This document shows, piece after piece, positions 9,251 to 18,208 of a stretch of DNA of 33,355 nt (position 1 is the first letter of the stretch; each line of letters starts with the position of its first letter). The position numbers were made by a program, and so were the translations under genes. Below the pieces are notes generated by a model that saw nothing but the letters and a program-made list of their open reading frames with translations, did not search any database and was not told where the DNA came from. The DNA is from Candidatus Hermodarchaeota archaeon. GTDB taxonomy: Archaea; Asgardarchaeota; Hermodarchaeia; Hermodarchaeales; Hermodarchaeaceae. The stretch lies in NCBI GenBank assembly GCA_016840065.1, contig JAEOTB010000050.1, positions 1-33,355 on the forward strand, in the 5' to 3' direction.

Positions 9251-11917
9251 TTATCGTGTGCTTTGTATGAACGGCTTCTCTCTCTTCCTTTCAAGCTCCC
9301 ACTTTCTCCGCTCCGAACGAAGCCTGAAAAGGTCAATCTCCTTGTAGATCAGCTTCTCCTCCTTAGGTGGAATTGTACGCTCAACCTTGTCCTTTTCCGG
9401 AGAGAAGATGAAGGAGTCACCAAACTCAGCAACATTAGCGAAGAAGCAATAAGCATAGATCGTTCTCCGGGCATCAAAGTGGGCTGCCCTGAAGGCTGCT
9501 GTTACAGGAGTGAAGGCTGGATTGAAGACAAGGTCCACAGCGGGGTCCGAGTTCTTTAGCTCCACCCGCAGATCCATGTCAAGGAAATCCCGACAAATGG
9601 TGATTGCAATCCTTCCAAATTCAGTGTCCCCAATCAAGACCTTTTGTGGTGAAGCCGTAACATCTATGCCCTCAGTTATTCTTTCTCCCCCGTAGCTAAT
9701 GATGGCGGGGATGTGCTTTTCCTGCTCCCAAAGGATACCTTCTGGAGAAATCACAAGACTAAGGTTCCGCTTTGATTTCGGGTCATGGTATGACCCTGGA
9801 ATGATAAGCATCTTGTAATGTTTAGCGTAAGCCAGTAAATCCTCGTGCAACTGCTTATAGCCTAGGTCAATTGTCATTTCCGGAAAGAGCAAGATACTGA
9901 TTTGTTCTGAATAGGCTCGTGTTACCATCTCCCTGACCTTAGCTCTTACACTTTCCACTTTATCTTCTTTAATGCGAAAGAGGTCTTGGGTCTGGGGTTC
10001 ATAGTACTCGTGAAGAATATCGCCATCCTTTGAAACTCCTATCTGGGCGATGCCAACTCGGAAACGACTTCTCTCCCCACTAGAAGACCCTTTAAGCAGG
10101 TCCAAGTGAACCAGCTTGTACTTACCTTTCGGTGTTACCTCCTCTGTGGCTAGGCTTGAAACAGTTTTCTGAACCATCAACTCAAGGTAGGCATCCAATC
10201 CGATAAGGTCCACCATGTCCTGTCTGGAGGGTTTCTGCTCAATGATTCTTTCCCACTTTTGCATCTGAGAGAGCAACGCGTCTCGCTCATGTACTACTGC
10301 CTGAGCCAGCATCTGTAACCCCTTGCCCTCAGCGATGGTGTAGGCTTGCTCAAGTAGTTTCTTTGCCCGACCCATATCCAGCTCTATCAAGGCAAGCTTG
10401 GACTGAAGTAGATAGGTTTCAGCGAGAAGCGAATGAGATGATTGTTGCTCAGCAATCTTCAAGAGCCGGGTTGTCAGGCTCTTGATTTCGCTAAACAATT
10501 CCTCCTCTCCTGTCAGCTTCAGTTCAGACACTAGTAGATCACACAGGTGAATCATTGCAGTTACCTTAAGAGAGTGGTCAACAACCTCTTCCTCGACAAC
10601 TTGCTCAAGAACTTCCACTGCTTTCATCTTATGACGAGTACGTGTACTCGCCTTGAGAGATAGCGCTTGGGCAATACGATACCTATGTTTACTGGCAAGA
10701 CCCTCTGTTCTTTCACTGATTTCTTTCAGCCTTTTGAGGTGCTGTTCTGCCAGAGAACTTTCGCCAGAGTCTAGGGCTATCCATAGCAGCTCATAAACAA
10801 CAATGGCTGTGTATTGTTCATTCCCAATGTCTTCAAAAATCGCCAAGCTCTGCTGGAAATAGTCTAACGCTTCTGTCTTGGAACCTTTCTTTCTGTGAAT
10901 TCTCCCGATGTTCATTAACGTAAGAGCGGTTTTATGCCTTGTACCTAACTCTCTGTATGATGTAAGGCTCCTTTGAAAGAAGTCCAGTGCTTGGTCTAGC
11001 TCTCCTTTCAATGAGTATGCGCTGCCCATGTTGTGTAGCGCCAGTGCAAGATCCCTTTTAGATTTCTGTTCTTTGCTGATTTCCAAACTTCGCTGATAAT
11101 ACTCTAGTGCCTTATCCAGATCCCCTCTCATCTGGTGGATAACACCAATGTTTGTAAGTGAACTGGAGATGTCATGCCATATTTCCAATTCCTCTCTGAT
11201 AGCTAGACTCCGCTGATGGCACTCTAGCGCTTGGTCAAAGTCACCTATCAAGGAAAAGCAATTCCCCATGTTGTTCAGTGTTGTGGCAATGAATCTCCTG
11301 TTACCTTGCTGCTCTCTTATGGCTAGACTCCGCTGGTAATACTCTATGGCCTGATTGTAATCACCTTTCGACCAAAAAACTAGACCCAGATTGTTAAGGG
11401 CCCCTGCAACACCATACTGGTCACCTAAAGTCTCAGAGATTGCTAGGCTCTCCTGATGGTATTCAAGTGCCTGGTCAAGTTCGCCTTTGTACCAGAAAAT
11501 AACTCCTCTATGATGTGATATCTCCCCTGTTCTACGTTTTACTTCTTCTTCTAAAACCTGCTCTTTCGCAATCCCCTTGAGGAGCCCCTCACCTTCCGCT
11601 AACAATTCCAGCCCTTCACCGAGTTTTCCAGACCGCCAGGAAATTTCAGCTTTCACAATCAGGGCATCTACGACTATCAACGGGTTAGCTTCTTCTCGTG
11701 CACCCCTCAAGGTTGCTTCAACCAGCTTCAAAGCCCTCTCTGATTCTCCAAGTTTTAGCCAGAGCTGAGACTCAAGCAGCGAACACGCAAACCGATTATC
11801 CGCAGCTAATCCTTCCTGATTTACAAGCTCCTCCACTAGCTTGAGGGCGTCCTTGTAATCACCCTTTTCCAACAATATCTTCACACGAGAGAGTACTTCA
11901 CGGGCTGTTTCTGGCAA
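9251..11917 (-). CDS. TPR-repeat protein fused to a C-terminal carbon-nitrogen hydrolase (nitrilase) domain
   Basis: 40-aa TPR-like repeats (A.ALNNLG.V...KGDY.QA.EYYQRSLAI.E); C-terminal VGIAQ, LLFPEM, QEKHIP and ITICRD supply the E-K-C triad. Confidence 0.88.
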   Translation of the reverse strand: MPETAREVLSRVKILLEKGDYKDALKLVEELVNQEGLAADNRFACSLLESQLWLKLGESERALKLVEATLRGAREEANPLIVVDALIVKAEISWRSGKLGEGLELLAEGEGLLKGIAKEQVLEEEVKRRTGEISHHRGVIFWYKGELDQALEYHQESLAISETLGDQYGVAGALNNLGLVFWSKGDYNQAIEYYQRSLAIREQQGNRRFIATTLNNMGNCFSLIGDFDQALECHQRSLAIREELEIWHDISSSLTNIGVIHQMRGDLDKALEYYQRSLEISKEQKSKRDLALALHNMGSAYSLKGELDQALDFFQRSLTSYRELGTRHKTALTLMNIGRIHRKKGSKTEALDYFQQSLAIFEDIGNEQYTAIVVYELLWIALDSGESSLAEQHLKRLKEISERTEGLASKHRYRIAQALSLKASTRTRHKMKAVEVLEQVVEEEVVDHSLKVTAMIHLCDLLVSELKLTGEEELFSEIKSLTTRLLKIAEQQSSHSLLAETYLLQSKLALIELDMGRAKKLLEQAYTIAEGKGLQMLAQAVVHERDALLSQMQKWERIIEQKPSRQDMVDLIGLDAYLELMVQKTVSSLATEEVTPKGKYKLVHLDLLKGSSSGERSRFRVGIAQIGVSKDGDILHEYYEPQTQDLFRIKEDKVESVRAKVREMVTRAYSEQISILLFPEMTIDLGYKQLHEDLLAYAKHYKMLIIPGSYHDPKSKRNLSLVISPEGILWEQEKHIPAIISYGGERITEGIDVTASPQKVLIGDTEFGRIAITICRDFLDMDLRVELKNSDPAVDLVFNPAFTPVTAAFRAAHFDARRTIYAYCFFANVAEFGDSFIFSPEKDKVERTIPPKEEKLIYKEIDLFRLRSERRKWELERKREKPFIQSTR

Positions 11918-12033
11918 GAGCTACCTTCCTGGAATTCTTCCTGAAAATCACTAACACGACTGAATTTGTACTCTACCCTGATTAATATTTCATTCGGGCA
12001 CTTGTAGAGCGTTTCGACGCGGTTCAAGTAGTA

Positions 12034-12321
12034 CTAATATTGTTTGGCGAGTCCTTGTCGCTGGTCCCAAGCCTTCTCCGCCTGATACATGTTGTACCCA
12101 TGTATCAGCAGGGCTAAGCCCACAATGGTCAATACTCCTCCTGCAATTACCAGCGCCCACAACATCCCCCCCAGGAAGAAGGGGAAGAAGAACATCGGCG
12201 GCATGAGGAAGAGAAACATTAGCCCGACACCTAGTAGTGCCACGCCTTGTGGGGTAATGACTCCACCAGCGACTAAGAAACCAATCCATCGGTTTCTCTT
12301 AGGTTTAGGTTCATATGCCAT
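12034..12321 (-). CDS. Small membrane protein (2-3 TM), hypothetical
   Basis: Basic N-terminus followed by long hydrophobic stretches; GGTGA upstream. Confidence 0.65.
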   Translation of the reverse strand: MAYEPKPKRNRWIGFLVAGGVITPQGVALLGVGLMFLFLMPPMFFFPFFLGGMLWALVIAGGVLTIVGLALLIHGYNMYQAEKAWDQRQGLAKQY

Positions 12322-12396
12322 TCCAAATCACCACAATACCCATCTATTGTTGCGACCATATTAATCTAGTTACTCGCTGAGCATCTTCTAAAATCT

Positions 12397-12437
12397 AAAA
12401 AAAGGGTGGGTGCGTGGAGCAGCGAAACTACTCCACG
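12397..12437 (-). terminator. Hairpin plus oligo-T terminator after the ABC operon
   Basis: Minus strand: CGTGGAGTAG-TTTCG-CTGCTCCACG (10-bp stem, one G-U) followed by CACCCACCC-T7, just past the permease stop. Confidence 0.65.
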
Positions 12438-12450
12438 TTGGAACGTCAGG

Positions 12451-13287
12451 CTAGACTTGGGCTCTTGAGAACAGAAGGGTTCCTATGGCTATCATGATAC
12501 TCGTGAAGAGAATCAGTACAAGGATGGGTACAAGCCAAGGAACCATTACCAGTATCGGCCCAATCACTGGGATACCACTAAAGATGGCGATCAGACTTGG
12601 TGAAACTGAGCTTCCAAGGCAGAATCTCATCGCCTCAACGCCATAAAACATCGGATCGCAGAGCATCGCAACCTGGAGCCATGATGGTGCTACATCGAAG
12701 GGGAAGAAGACTCCTGAGAGCATAAACAAGGGCCAGATCACAAAGGTTACTAGAAGCTGGAAGGCGTGGAAGTCATTCAGGCTAGAGCCTATAGCAACAC
12801 CGAGGCCCACAAAACCTGCAGTTACGAGGATCATCACACCTACGGAAAGCAGTACACCCAAGGCAAAGTAAGGAATTGGTACGGATGAGAAGGCACCCAT
12901 TATCGTTGAGATAACTAAAATGATTACTCCCTGAATTGAGGCAGTAAGGGCACCACCAAGTATTTTTCCAATGATGATACTTGTCCGGCTAACTGGGGCT
13001 ACAAGCATTTCCTTCATGAAGCCAAACTGCCTGTCAAAGATAACAGAAACTCCAGAAAACACACTTCCAAACAGAAGTGCCATCGCAATAATTCCAGGTG
13101 CGATGTAGCTAAGGTAGCCGCCTTCAACTGTACCACCAATCATGCTACCGATTCCCATACCGAATATTAACAGGAAGAAGAAGCTTTGGGCGACAGACGA
13201 AATTATCCTCGCCTTGGCACGCCAGTACCGCTTAATCTCCCTCAATAGCACAACATAGATTGCTTGTCCTGATATTGGTTGAACCAT
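12451..13287 (-). CDS. ABC-2 type exporter permease (DrrB-like)
   Basis: REIKRYWR, YIAPGII, DRQFGFMKEMLVAPVSR, LSGVFFP, P.FYGVEAMR; about six TM segments. Confidence 0.93.
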   Translation of the reverse strand: MVQPISGQAIYVVLLREIKRYWRAKARIISSVAQSFFFLLIFGMGIGSMIGGTVEGGYLSYIAPGIIAMALLFGSVFSGVSVIFDRQFGFMKEMLVAPVSRTSIIIGKILGGALTASIQGVIILVISTIMGAFSSVPIPYFALGVLLSVGVMILVTAGFVGLGVAIGSSLNDFHAFQLLVTFVIWPLFMLSGVFFPFDVAPSWLQVAMLCDPMFYGVEAMRFCLGSSVSPSLIAIFSGIPVIGPILVMVPWLVPILVLILFTSIMIAIGTLLFSRAQV

Positions 13288-13320
13288 TTCATATCACCTA
13301 TGATTACTTCATTAGTCTCC

Positions 13321-14559
13321 CTATCTTGGTCCCATTCTCCTGCGACCACGCGCCGAATCTGTTATCCTGCGGCGTCTGATTGTTTGCATAAAGCTGCCCC
13401 GCTCGTCTCGGATACTCCGACCCGTAGTAGCGAGGAATACATCATCCAGAGTTGGTTTGTGCAACTGAACAGATTCAAGTTCCACGCCAGCGCCATCCAC
13501 AATTTTTACGATTTCAGGAATCCTGTGTCCCCCGTCATCTACTAGGAGATTGAGCCGCTTGGCACCTGCCATCATCATCCCAGCAGGGCCACCCTTACCA
13601 GACATAGCTTTCTCCATCATCTCCTTCACATGCTTGGGGACTCTTCTGCCGCCACCTCCGTGACCACCACCCCCGCCCATACCACCCATTCCACCTCCTC
13701 CTCTTCCCATTCGACGCATCATCTCCATCATCCTGCCCATACCGGCACCGTTTCCACCATCTCCTGCGACTGGAATTGCGCTGCTAACCCATTCCTTTCC
13801 TTTGAAGAGTGGGTGAACCTTCATTAGGTGTGCAGGGTCCTTGAAGGCCAGGCTAACGATGTCACCTTCGAGCTGGGACTTGAGATCCTCTGGAGTGCCC
13901 ACGGCAACTAGTTTTCCGAGGTCAATAATCTGGATGCGGTTACAGAGATGGTCTGCCTCCTCAGTATAGTGGGTTGTGAGGATTATGGTTACCTTCTCTT
14001 CTTCGTTCAAGCGCTGAATGTGCTCCCAAATTGCACGTCGAGTCTGGGGGTCAAGACCTAAGGTGGGTTCATCTAGGAAAAGGACCTTTGGGTAATGAAG
14101 TAGCCCTCGGGCGATTTCTAGACGGCGTTTCATCCCACCAGAATAGGTTTTCACGAAGTCGTCTGCACGATCAGTGAGCTGGACAACTTCTAACATCTCC
14201 TTGATGCGTTCGGCACGCACCTTCCGTTTAAGACCATAGAGCCTTCCGTGGAAGTCTAGGTTTTCACGGCCGGTCAATTCGATGTCGAGTGTTGGGTCTT
14301 GGAAGACAAAACCAATGCTCCGACGGACAGCATCCGGGTTCTCCAAGATGTCGTGCCCATTCACAATAGCTGAGCCGCTCGTGGGTTTCAAGAGCGTTGA
14401 GAGCATATTGAGAGTCGTTGTCTTTCCAGCACCATTCGGTCCGAGGAAGCCAAGTAGCTCGCCCTCCTCGACCTCGAAGCTGATGCCATCCACTGCTCGG
14501 ATGTCACCGTTAAAGACCTTAGTCAGCTCATTAACTTTGATAATTGACATTTTACTCAT
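13321..14559 (-). CDS. ABC exporter ATP-binding subunit (DrrA-like) with Gly/Met-rich insertion
   Basis: GPNGAGKTT, YSGGMKRR, LFLDEPT, TTHY; C-terminal PTLDDVFL. Confidence 0.95.
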   Translation of the reverse strand: MSKMSIIKVNELTKVFNGDIRAVDGISFEVEEGELLGFLGPNGAGKTTTLNMLSTLLKPTSGSAIVNGHDILENPDAVRRSIGFVFQDPTLDIELTGRENLDFHGRLYGLKRKVRAERIKEMLEVVQLTDRADDFVKTYSGGMKRRLEIARGLLHYPKVLFLDEPTLGLDPQTRRAIWEHIQRLNEEEKVTIILTTHYTEEADHLCNRIQIIDLGKLVAVGTPEDLKSQLEGDIVSLAFKDPAHLMKVHPLFKGKEWVSSAIPVAGDGGNGAGMGRMMEMMRRMGRGGGGMGGMGGGGGHGGGGRRVPKHVKEMMEKAMSGKGGPAGMMMAGAKRLNLLVDDGGHRIPEIVKIVDGAGVELESVQLHKPTLDDVFLATTGRSIRDERGSFMQTIRRRRITDSARGRRRMGPR

Positions 14560-14569
14560 TTATCCTGTT

Positions 14570-15187
14570 TCACTTAGATTCAGATGAAGTCCGCCCTTCC
14601 AGCTCTTTTAGCTGCTGTTTAATTCGTTTGATTGCAGCCTCTAACCATTCGGTGCGTTCTTCAAGTAATTTCAGTCGGTTGGTCAGCCGCTTTGCGGCTT
14701 CTACTGGGTCCTGAGCTATCTCCTTTGAGAGCAAATGAACCTCTTCGTATAGGTATTTCACTCGCCCATGCATCTTGGGTAGTATGTAATCGACATCCAA
14801 GGTTGAGGGGTGGGGCATATGGGGTGCACCATGTTTTCCGAGGATTCTGCGCATGGCCGACATGAACATTATGTGATGGGATGCCGCCATGTCAAGTTTG
14901 GTCCGCCCCTCCTCGTTTAGCTCATAGATGATGCGCTGGCGCCCCTCCTTCTCGTCTGGATGTCCTGTGATGAGTTTGTGTTTGCTAAGGTGGTGGAGGA
15001 TGGGGTAGATGGTTCCTGGTGAGGGACGCCATCCGCCTAGGTGCTCATCGATGGCTTGCTGTAGGTCGTATCCGGAGCGGGGTTTCTCCGCGAGGAGTGC
15101 GAGTATGATCCAGCGGAGGTAGCCCTTGCCGAATCCCTTGAATTTGGTGTCTGTGGTTTTTTCGGGGGAGGGTTGTTCCTCTGTCAT
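14570..15187 (-). CDS. PadR-family transcriptional regulator
   Basis: ILALLAEKPRSGYDL...WRPSPGTIYPILHHL...Y.L.EEGR; C-terminal coiled coil. Confidence 0.92.
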   Translation of the reverse strand: MTEEQPSPEKTTDTKFKGFGKGYLRWIILALLAEKPRSGYDLQQAIDEHLGGWRPSPGTIYPILHHLSKHKLITGHPDEKEGRQRIIYELNEEGRTKLDMAASHHIMFMSAMRRILGKHGAPHMPHPSTLDVDYILPKMHGRVKYLYEEVHLLSKEIAQDPVEAAKRLTNRLKLLEERTEWLEAAIKRIKQQLKELEGRTSSESK

Positions 15188-15205
15188 GTGGTTGGTTCTC
15201 CGGTA

Positions 15206-15261
15206 ATAGCTCGGAAACCGACATATTCCGATAGCTCGGAAACCGATACATTCCTATAAAA
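15206..15261 (-). promoter_or_regulatory. TATA box with two tandem operator-like sites, probable PadR autoregulation
   Basis: Identical 16-mers ATAGCTCGGAAACCGA at 15206-15221 and 15231-15246, each containing TCGG-AAA-CCGA; minus-strand TTTTATAG at 15254-15261. Confidence 0.7.
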
Positions 15262-15284
15262 GAATTATGGTCAAACTACCGAAG

Positions 15285-16070
15285 CTAGCCACCAAACACT
15301 AACCCAAGAACTGCCCGAAGAATACCGGTGTGAACCTGGCTCTTAAGCTCCAGACTATCCTCAAGGGCATCCCATAGGAGTAGTCCCTGAAGGGGCAAAT
15401 CATCAACCCTGATAATCCCCACAGCCTTCTTGGAGAAATGATTAGCCAACGCATACAACACAGACAACTCCATATCCACAGACAAGACACCCCTATTCAA
15501 CAAGTCCACCAAGAAAGGCTTGTTTTCACACAACAAGAAAGGAACAGTAGCATGAAGACCATCATGGAGGCTAATACCCAAACCCTTGACCTCCTCTTCC
15601 ACAAGCTTCCAGATCCTTCTTCTCAAGCCTGGGTCTGCCTTAGCTGGAGCTTCTAAAGGCAACATAATCTCCAGCACCTTATCCAGACGGAGACAATTGG
15701 AGGGGATGTTGATATCAGCGGTTTTCACATCTCGACTGATCCCACCTCCCGTCCCCAGGAAAATCACTTCCTCCACGTTTCGGCTGTTGCACAGAACATA
15801 CCCGATATCAGCAAACATTGACGCTCCGATGGCTCCTCGACAAAAGAGCACACGTTTGCCATCAACATTCACCATGTAGCCTGTCTTGGTCTCCTCATAG
15901 GATGCCCCATGCGCCTTGAGAACATCAAAGAAGTCCTTGAAGTACCGCTCAATCTTGAAGGGGCTAATAACAACATGTTCTGGGATCTGGGGCTGCGTCA
16001 AGCCAAATATAGATTGAGTGGCCCATTTCAACGCGTCTTTGCCAAGTTCACCATAGACCATCCTATTCAC
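15285..16070 (-). CDS. Purine/uridine nucleoside phosphorylase-like protein
   Basis: GAIGAS, IFLGTGGGI, GVLSVDMELS, IIRVDD; divergent member of the PNP/UDP fold. Confidence 0.78.
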   Translation of the reverse strand: MNRMVYGELGKDALKWATQSIFGLTQPQIPEHVVISPFKIERYFKDFFDVLKAHGASYEETKTGYMVNVDGKRVLFCRGAIGASMFADIGYVLCNSRNVEEVIFLGTGGGISRDVKTADINIPSNCLRLDKVLEIMLPLEAPAKADPGLRRRIWKLVEEEVKGLGISLHDGLHATVPFLLCENKPFLVDLLNRGVLSVDMELSVLYALANHFSKKAVGIIRVDDLPLQGLLLWDALEDSLELKSQVHTGILRAVLGLVFGG

Positions 16071-16193
16071 CGCTGGGCTATCCCAGACTAGCTGTCTTAA
16101 ACTTTACTCGCAGGCACTCTAGCTCCCATAGAGAGGCTTTAAAAGAAGGCGATATAAACGAAGGCAAACTACATTCCAAGGAGAATACTGAAG

Positions 16194-17333
16194 ATGGATC
16201 CTGAATCGGCTTTCGAGCTAATCAAACGAAAACCCACCCAAGAAATACTCACCGAAGATCGTCTAATGACACATCTCAAGGAAGGCACACCACTCAAGCA
16301 TTACATCGGCTTTGAGATATCAGGATTCGTACACCTTGGAACTGGGTTACTATGCATGCAGAAAGTAGCCGACTTCCAGAAGGCTGGAGTAGAAACCCAA
16401 ATCTTCCTCGCTGACTACCACTCATGGATAAACGGAAAACTCGGAGGAGACCTTGACACCATCCGGGAAGTAGGTGGAGGCTACTTCAAAGAGGCCCTCA
16501 AGATTTCACTGGAATGCGTTGGCGGAAACCCCGATGATACCAGGTTCATCATGGGCTCAGACCTCTACAAGCGGCTGGGACGAGAATACTTGGAAACCAT
16601 GATACGGGTCTCTCTGAAACTCAACCTCGCCAGGGCAAAGAGCAGCATCACCATCATGGGACGAAAGGAGGGAGAATCCGTGAATTTCGGGCAGCTCCTC
16701 TATGCGCCCATGCAGGTAGCAGACATCTACTCGCTGGGAGTTAATCTAGCTCATGGTGGTATGCCTCAGCGAAAGGCTCACGTGATAGCCTTAGAGGTCA
16801 GCAACGCCTTCAAATACAAGCCGCTGGCGGTTCACCACTACATCCTAATGGGTACCCACGTCACCGCTGAACAGCGAGAACGAATCATCAAGGCCAAGAG
16901 TTCAGGTGACAGGGCAGGCTATGAGGACGGGCTCATCGATGTCAAGATGTCCAAGTCCAAGCCCAAGAGCGCCATCTTCATCCACGATACAGAGGAAGAG
17001 ATACGACGCAAGATTAAGAAGGCCTTCTGCCCCGCCAAGGAGTTAGAGCTGAACGCGGTGATGTCCATCCAGCAGTTCATCGTCTGGCCCCGCCTCCTGA
17101 GGCGGAAACAGCCCCTAGAGCTAGTCAACAAGAAAACAGGCAAGACAACCACCTTTGAAACACCAACTGAGCTAGAATTACACTACATGAAGGGCGATGT
17201 CCATCCCCTCGACCTGAAGGAGGCAGTGGCAAACTATCTGGTTGAAATCCTTGCCCCAGCTAGAAAACACTTCCTCGAGGGAAAGGGACGGAGATACTTA
17301 GAGGAACTTGAAGCCCTGCAGGTTACACGATAG
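16194..17333 (+). CDS. tyrS: Tyrosine--tRNA ligase, archaeal type
   Basis: [16 protein letters not shown] (HIGH), [36 protein letters not shown]. Confidence 0.96.
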   Translation: MDPESAFELIKRKPTQEILTEDRLMTHLKEGTPLKHYIGFEISGFVHLGTGLLCMQKVADFQKAGVETQIFLADYHSWINGKLGGDLDTIREVGGGYFKEALKISLECVGGNPDDTRFIMGSDLYKRLGREYLETMIRVSLKLNLARAKSSITIMGRKEGESVNFGQLLYAPMQVADIYSLGVNLAHGGMPQRKAHVIALEVSNAFKYKPLAVHHYILMGTHVTAEQRERIIKAKSSGDRAGYEDGLIDVKMSKSKPKSAIFIHDTEEEIRRKIKKAFCPAKELELNAVMSIQQFIVWPRLLRRKQPLELVNKKTGKTTTFETPTELELHYMKGDVHPLDLKEAVANYLVEILAPARKHFLEGKGRRYLEELEALQVTR

Positions 17334-17386
17334 CACTAAATACAAGATAGTCAATTTTCCACACATTAGTGTAAGGGAGTGTTTTT

Positions 17387-17734
17387 TTGCCATATTGTAG
17401 TGAATGTGGAGACAAGATTGGAGAAGATGGTCTCTTCTGTGATAAATGCGGTGAAGAACATACTGACCAACACCTCTGCAAGTATTGCGGATTACAAATA
17501 ACAGCCAGACGATACAAGAAACACAGAGGACTCTGTAGTCAATGCACTAGAAGAGCAACAAGCGAGATAAGATGGGTCTACCCATTTCTGGTATTTGCGG
17601 TCATTGGTCTTGTCGGCTCCATTATATGGACCTTGCTCTATCCTTCATTTTACATTCTTACTCCTCTCATGTTTGCTGTGTGTGTATTGATTCTCATTGG
17701 AGCGATTTTCATCCATAGAACACGAAGGTATTAG
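17387..17734 (+). CDS. Multi-zinc-ribbon protein with two C-terminal TM helices
   Basis: CSECG, CDKCG, CKYCG, H..LCSQC, then two hydrophobic helices; TTG start with GGGAG upstream. Confidence 0.75.
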   Translation: MPYCSECGDKIGEDGLFCDKCGEEHTDQHLCKYCGLQITARRYKKHRGLCSQCTRRATSEIRWVYPFLVFAVIGLVGSIIWTLLYPSFYILTPLMFAVCVLILIGAIFIHRTRRY

Positions 17735-17819
17735 ATATGCTGTTCTCTCAGGAAGTGTTTCAAAGAAAATCTTCTAAAGATAGCAAGCTTTCTGTATCCT
17801 GCTAGATGACAGACCTGTA

Positions 17820-17865
17820 GAAATAGAAAAGGTAGAGGTGGTGGAACAGAATGCTCAACCCCCTC
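17820..17865 (-). terminator. Imperfect hairpin plus T-rich tail downstream of 17881..18084
   Basis: Minus strand GAGGGGGTTGAGCA-TTC-TGTTCCACCACCTC followed by TACCTTTTCTATTTC. Confidence 0.45.
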
Positions 17866-17880
17866 ATGAAGTGTTGGTTG

Positions 17881-18084
17881 TCACCGTTTCTCTGGGTAGT
17901 ATCCTATCATAGCGTTGATACGCAGTGGAGTCCCAGCAGGTGATTCCTGATCGGTGTTCTTCCACCCGCCTGAGGAAGCTACTAAGGTCATCGCCTTTGT
18001 GGAGGGTTTGATTTTCGGAACGGCAATATGGTATTCGTCATCGGTTTCCTTAAGGATTCTAACTTTAGGTTTTTCTTCTGGCAA
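17881..18084 (-). CDS. Small hypothetical beta-rich protein
   Basis: 67 aa with its own TATA box, operator-like repeats and terminator; the PS.K..TLVASSGG...L.IN pattern recalls small uncharacterised prokaryotic/viral proteins. Confidence 0.7.
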   Translation of the reverse strand: MPEEKPKVRILKETDDEYHIAVPKIKPSTKAMTLVASSGGWKNTDQESPAGTPLRINAMIGYYPEKR

Positions 18085-18114
18085 TTAATTCAGCCCCTTG
18101 GTGAAGGTGTAAAG

Positions 18115-18197
18115 GGATTATCTTCTATGGAAGATGTAGAGAAAGTATAAAGGATTATCTTCTATGGAAGATTCATAACCCAATCTTCAGAAGATTG
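18115..18197 (-). promoter_or_regulatory. Two 21-bp operator-like direct repeats flanking a TATA box, plus a third related palindrome
   Basis: GGATTATCTTCTATGGAAGAT at 18115-18135 and 18152-18172 (core ATCTTC-N4-GAAGAT); minus-strand TTTATACT at 18144-18151; CAATCTTC-A-GAAGATTG at 18181-18197. Confidence 0.7.
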
Positions 18198-18208
18198 TAA
18201 CCCAGTAT

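Noticed and set aside
12000-12030. GCGT-TTCG-ACGC hairpin as a structured RNA
   Set aside because: Short stem next to a stop codon; at most a terminator element and too weak to call.
15206-15246. Direct repeats as CRISPR repeats or iterons
   Set aside because: Two 16-mers with a 9-nt gap directly upstream of a PadR gene; no cas or rep gene.
18115-18172. Direct repeats as a mini-CRISPR array
   Set aside because: Only two 21-nt copies with a 16-nt gap containing a TATA box, and no cas genes; an operator arrangement fits better.
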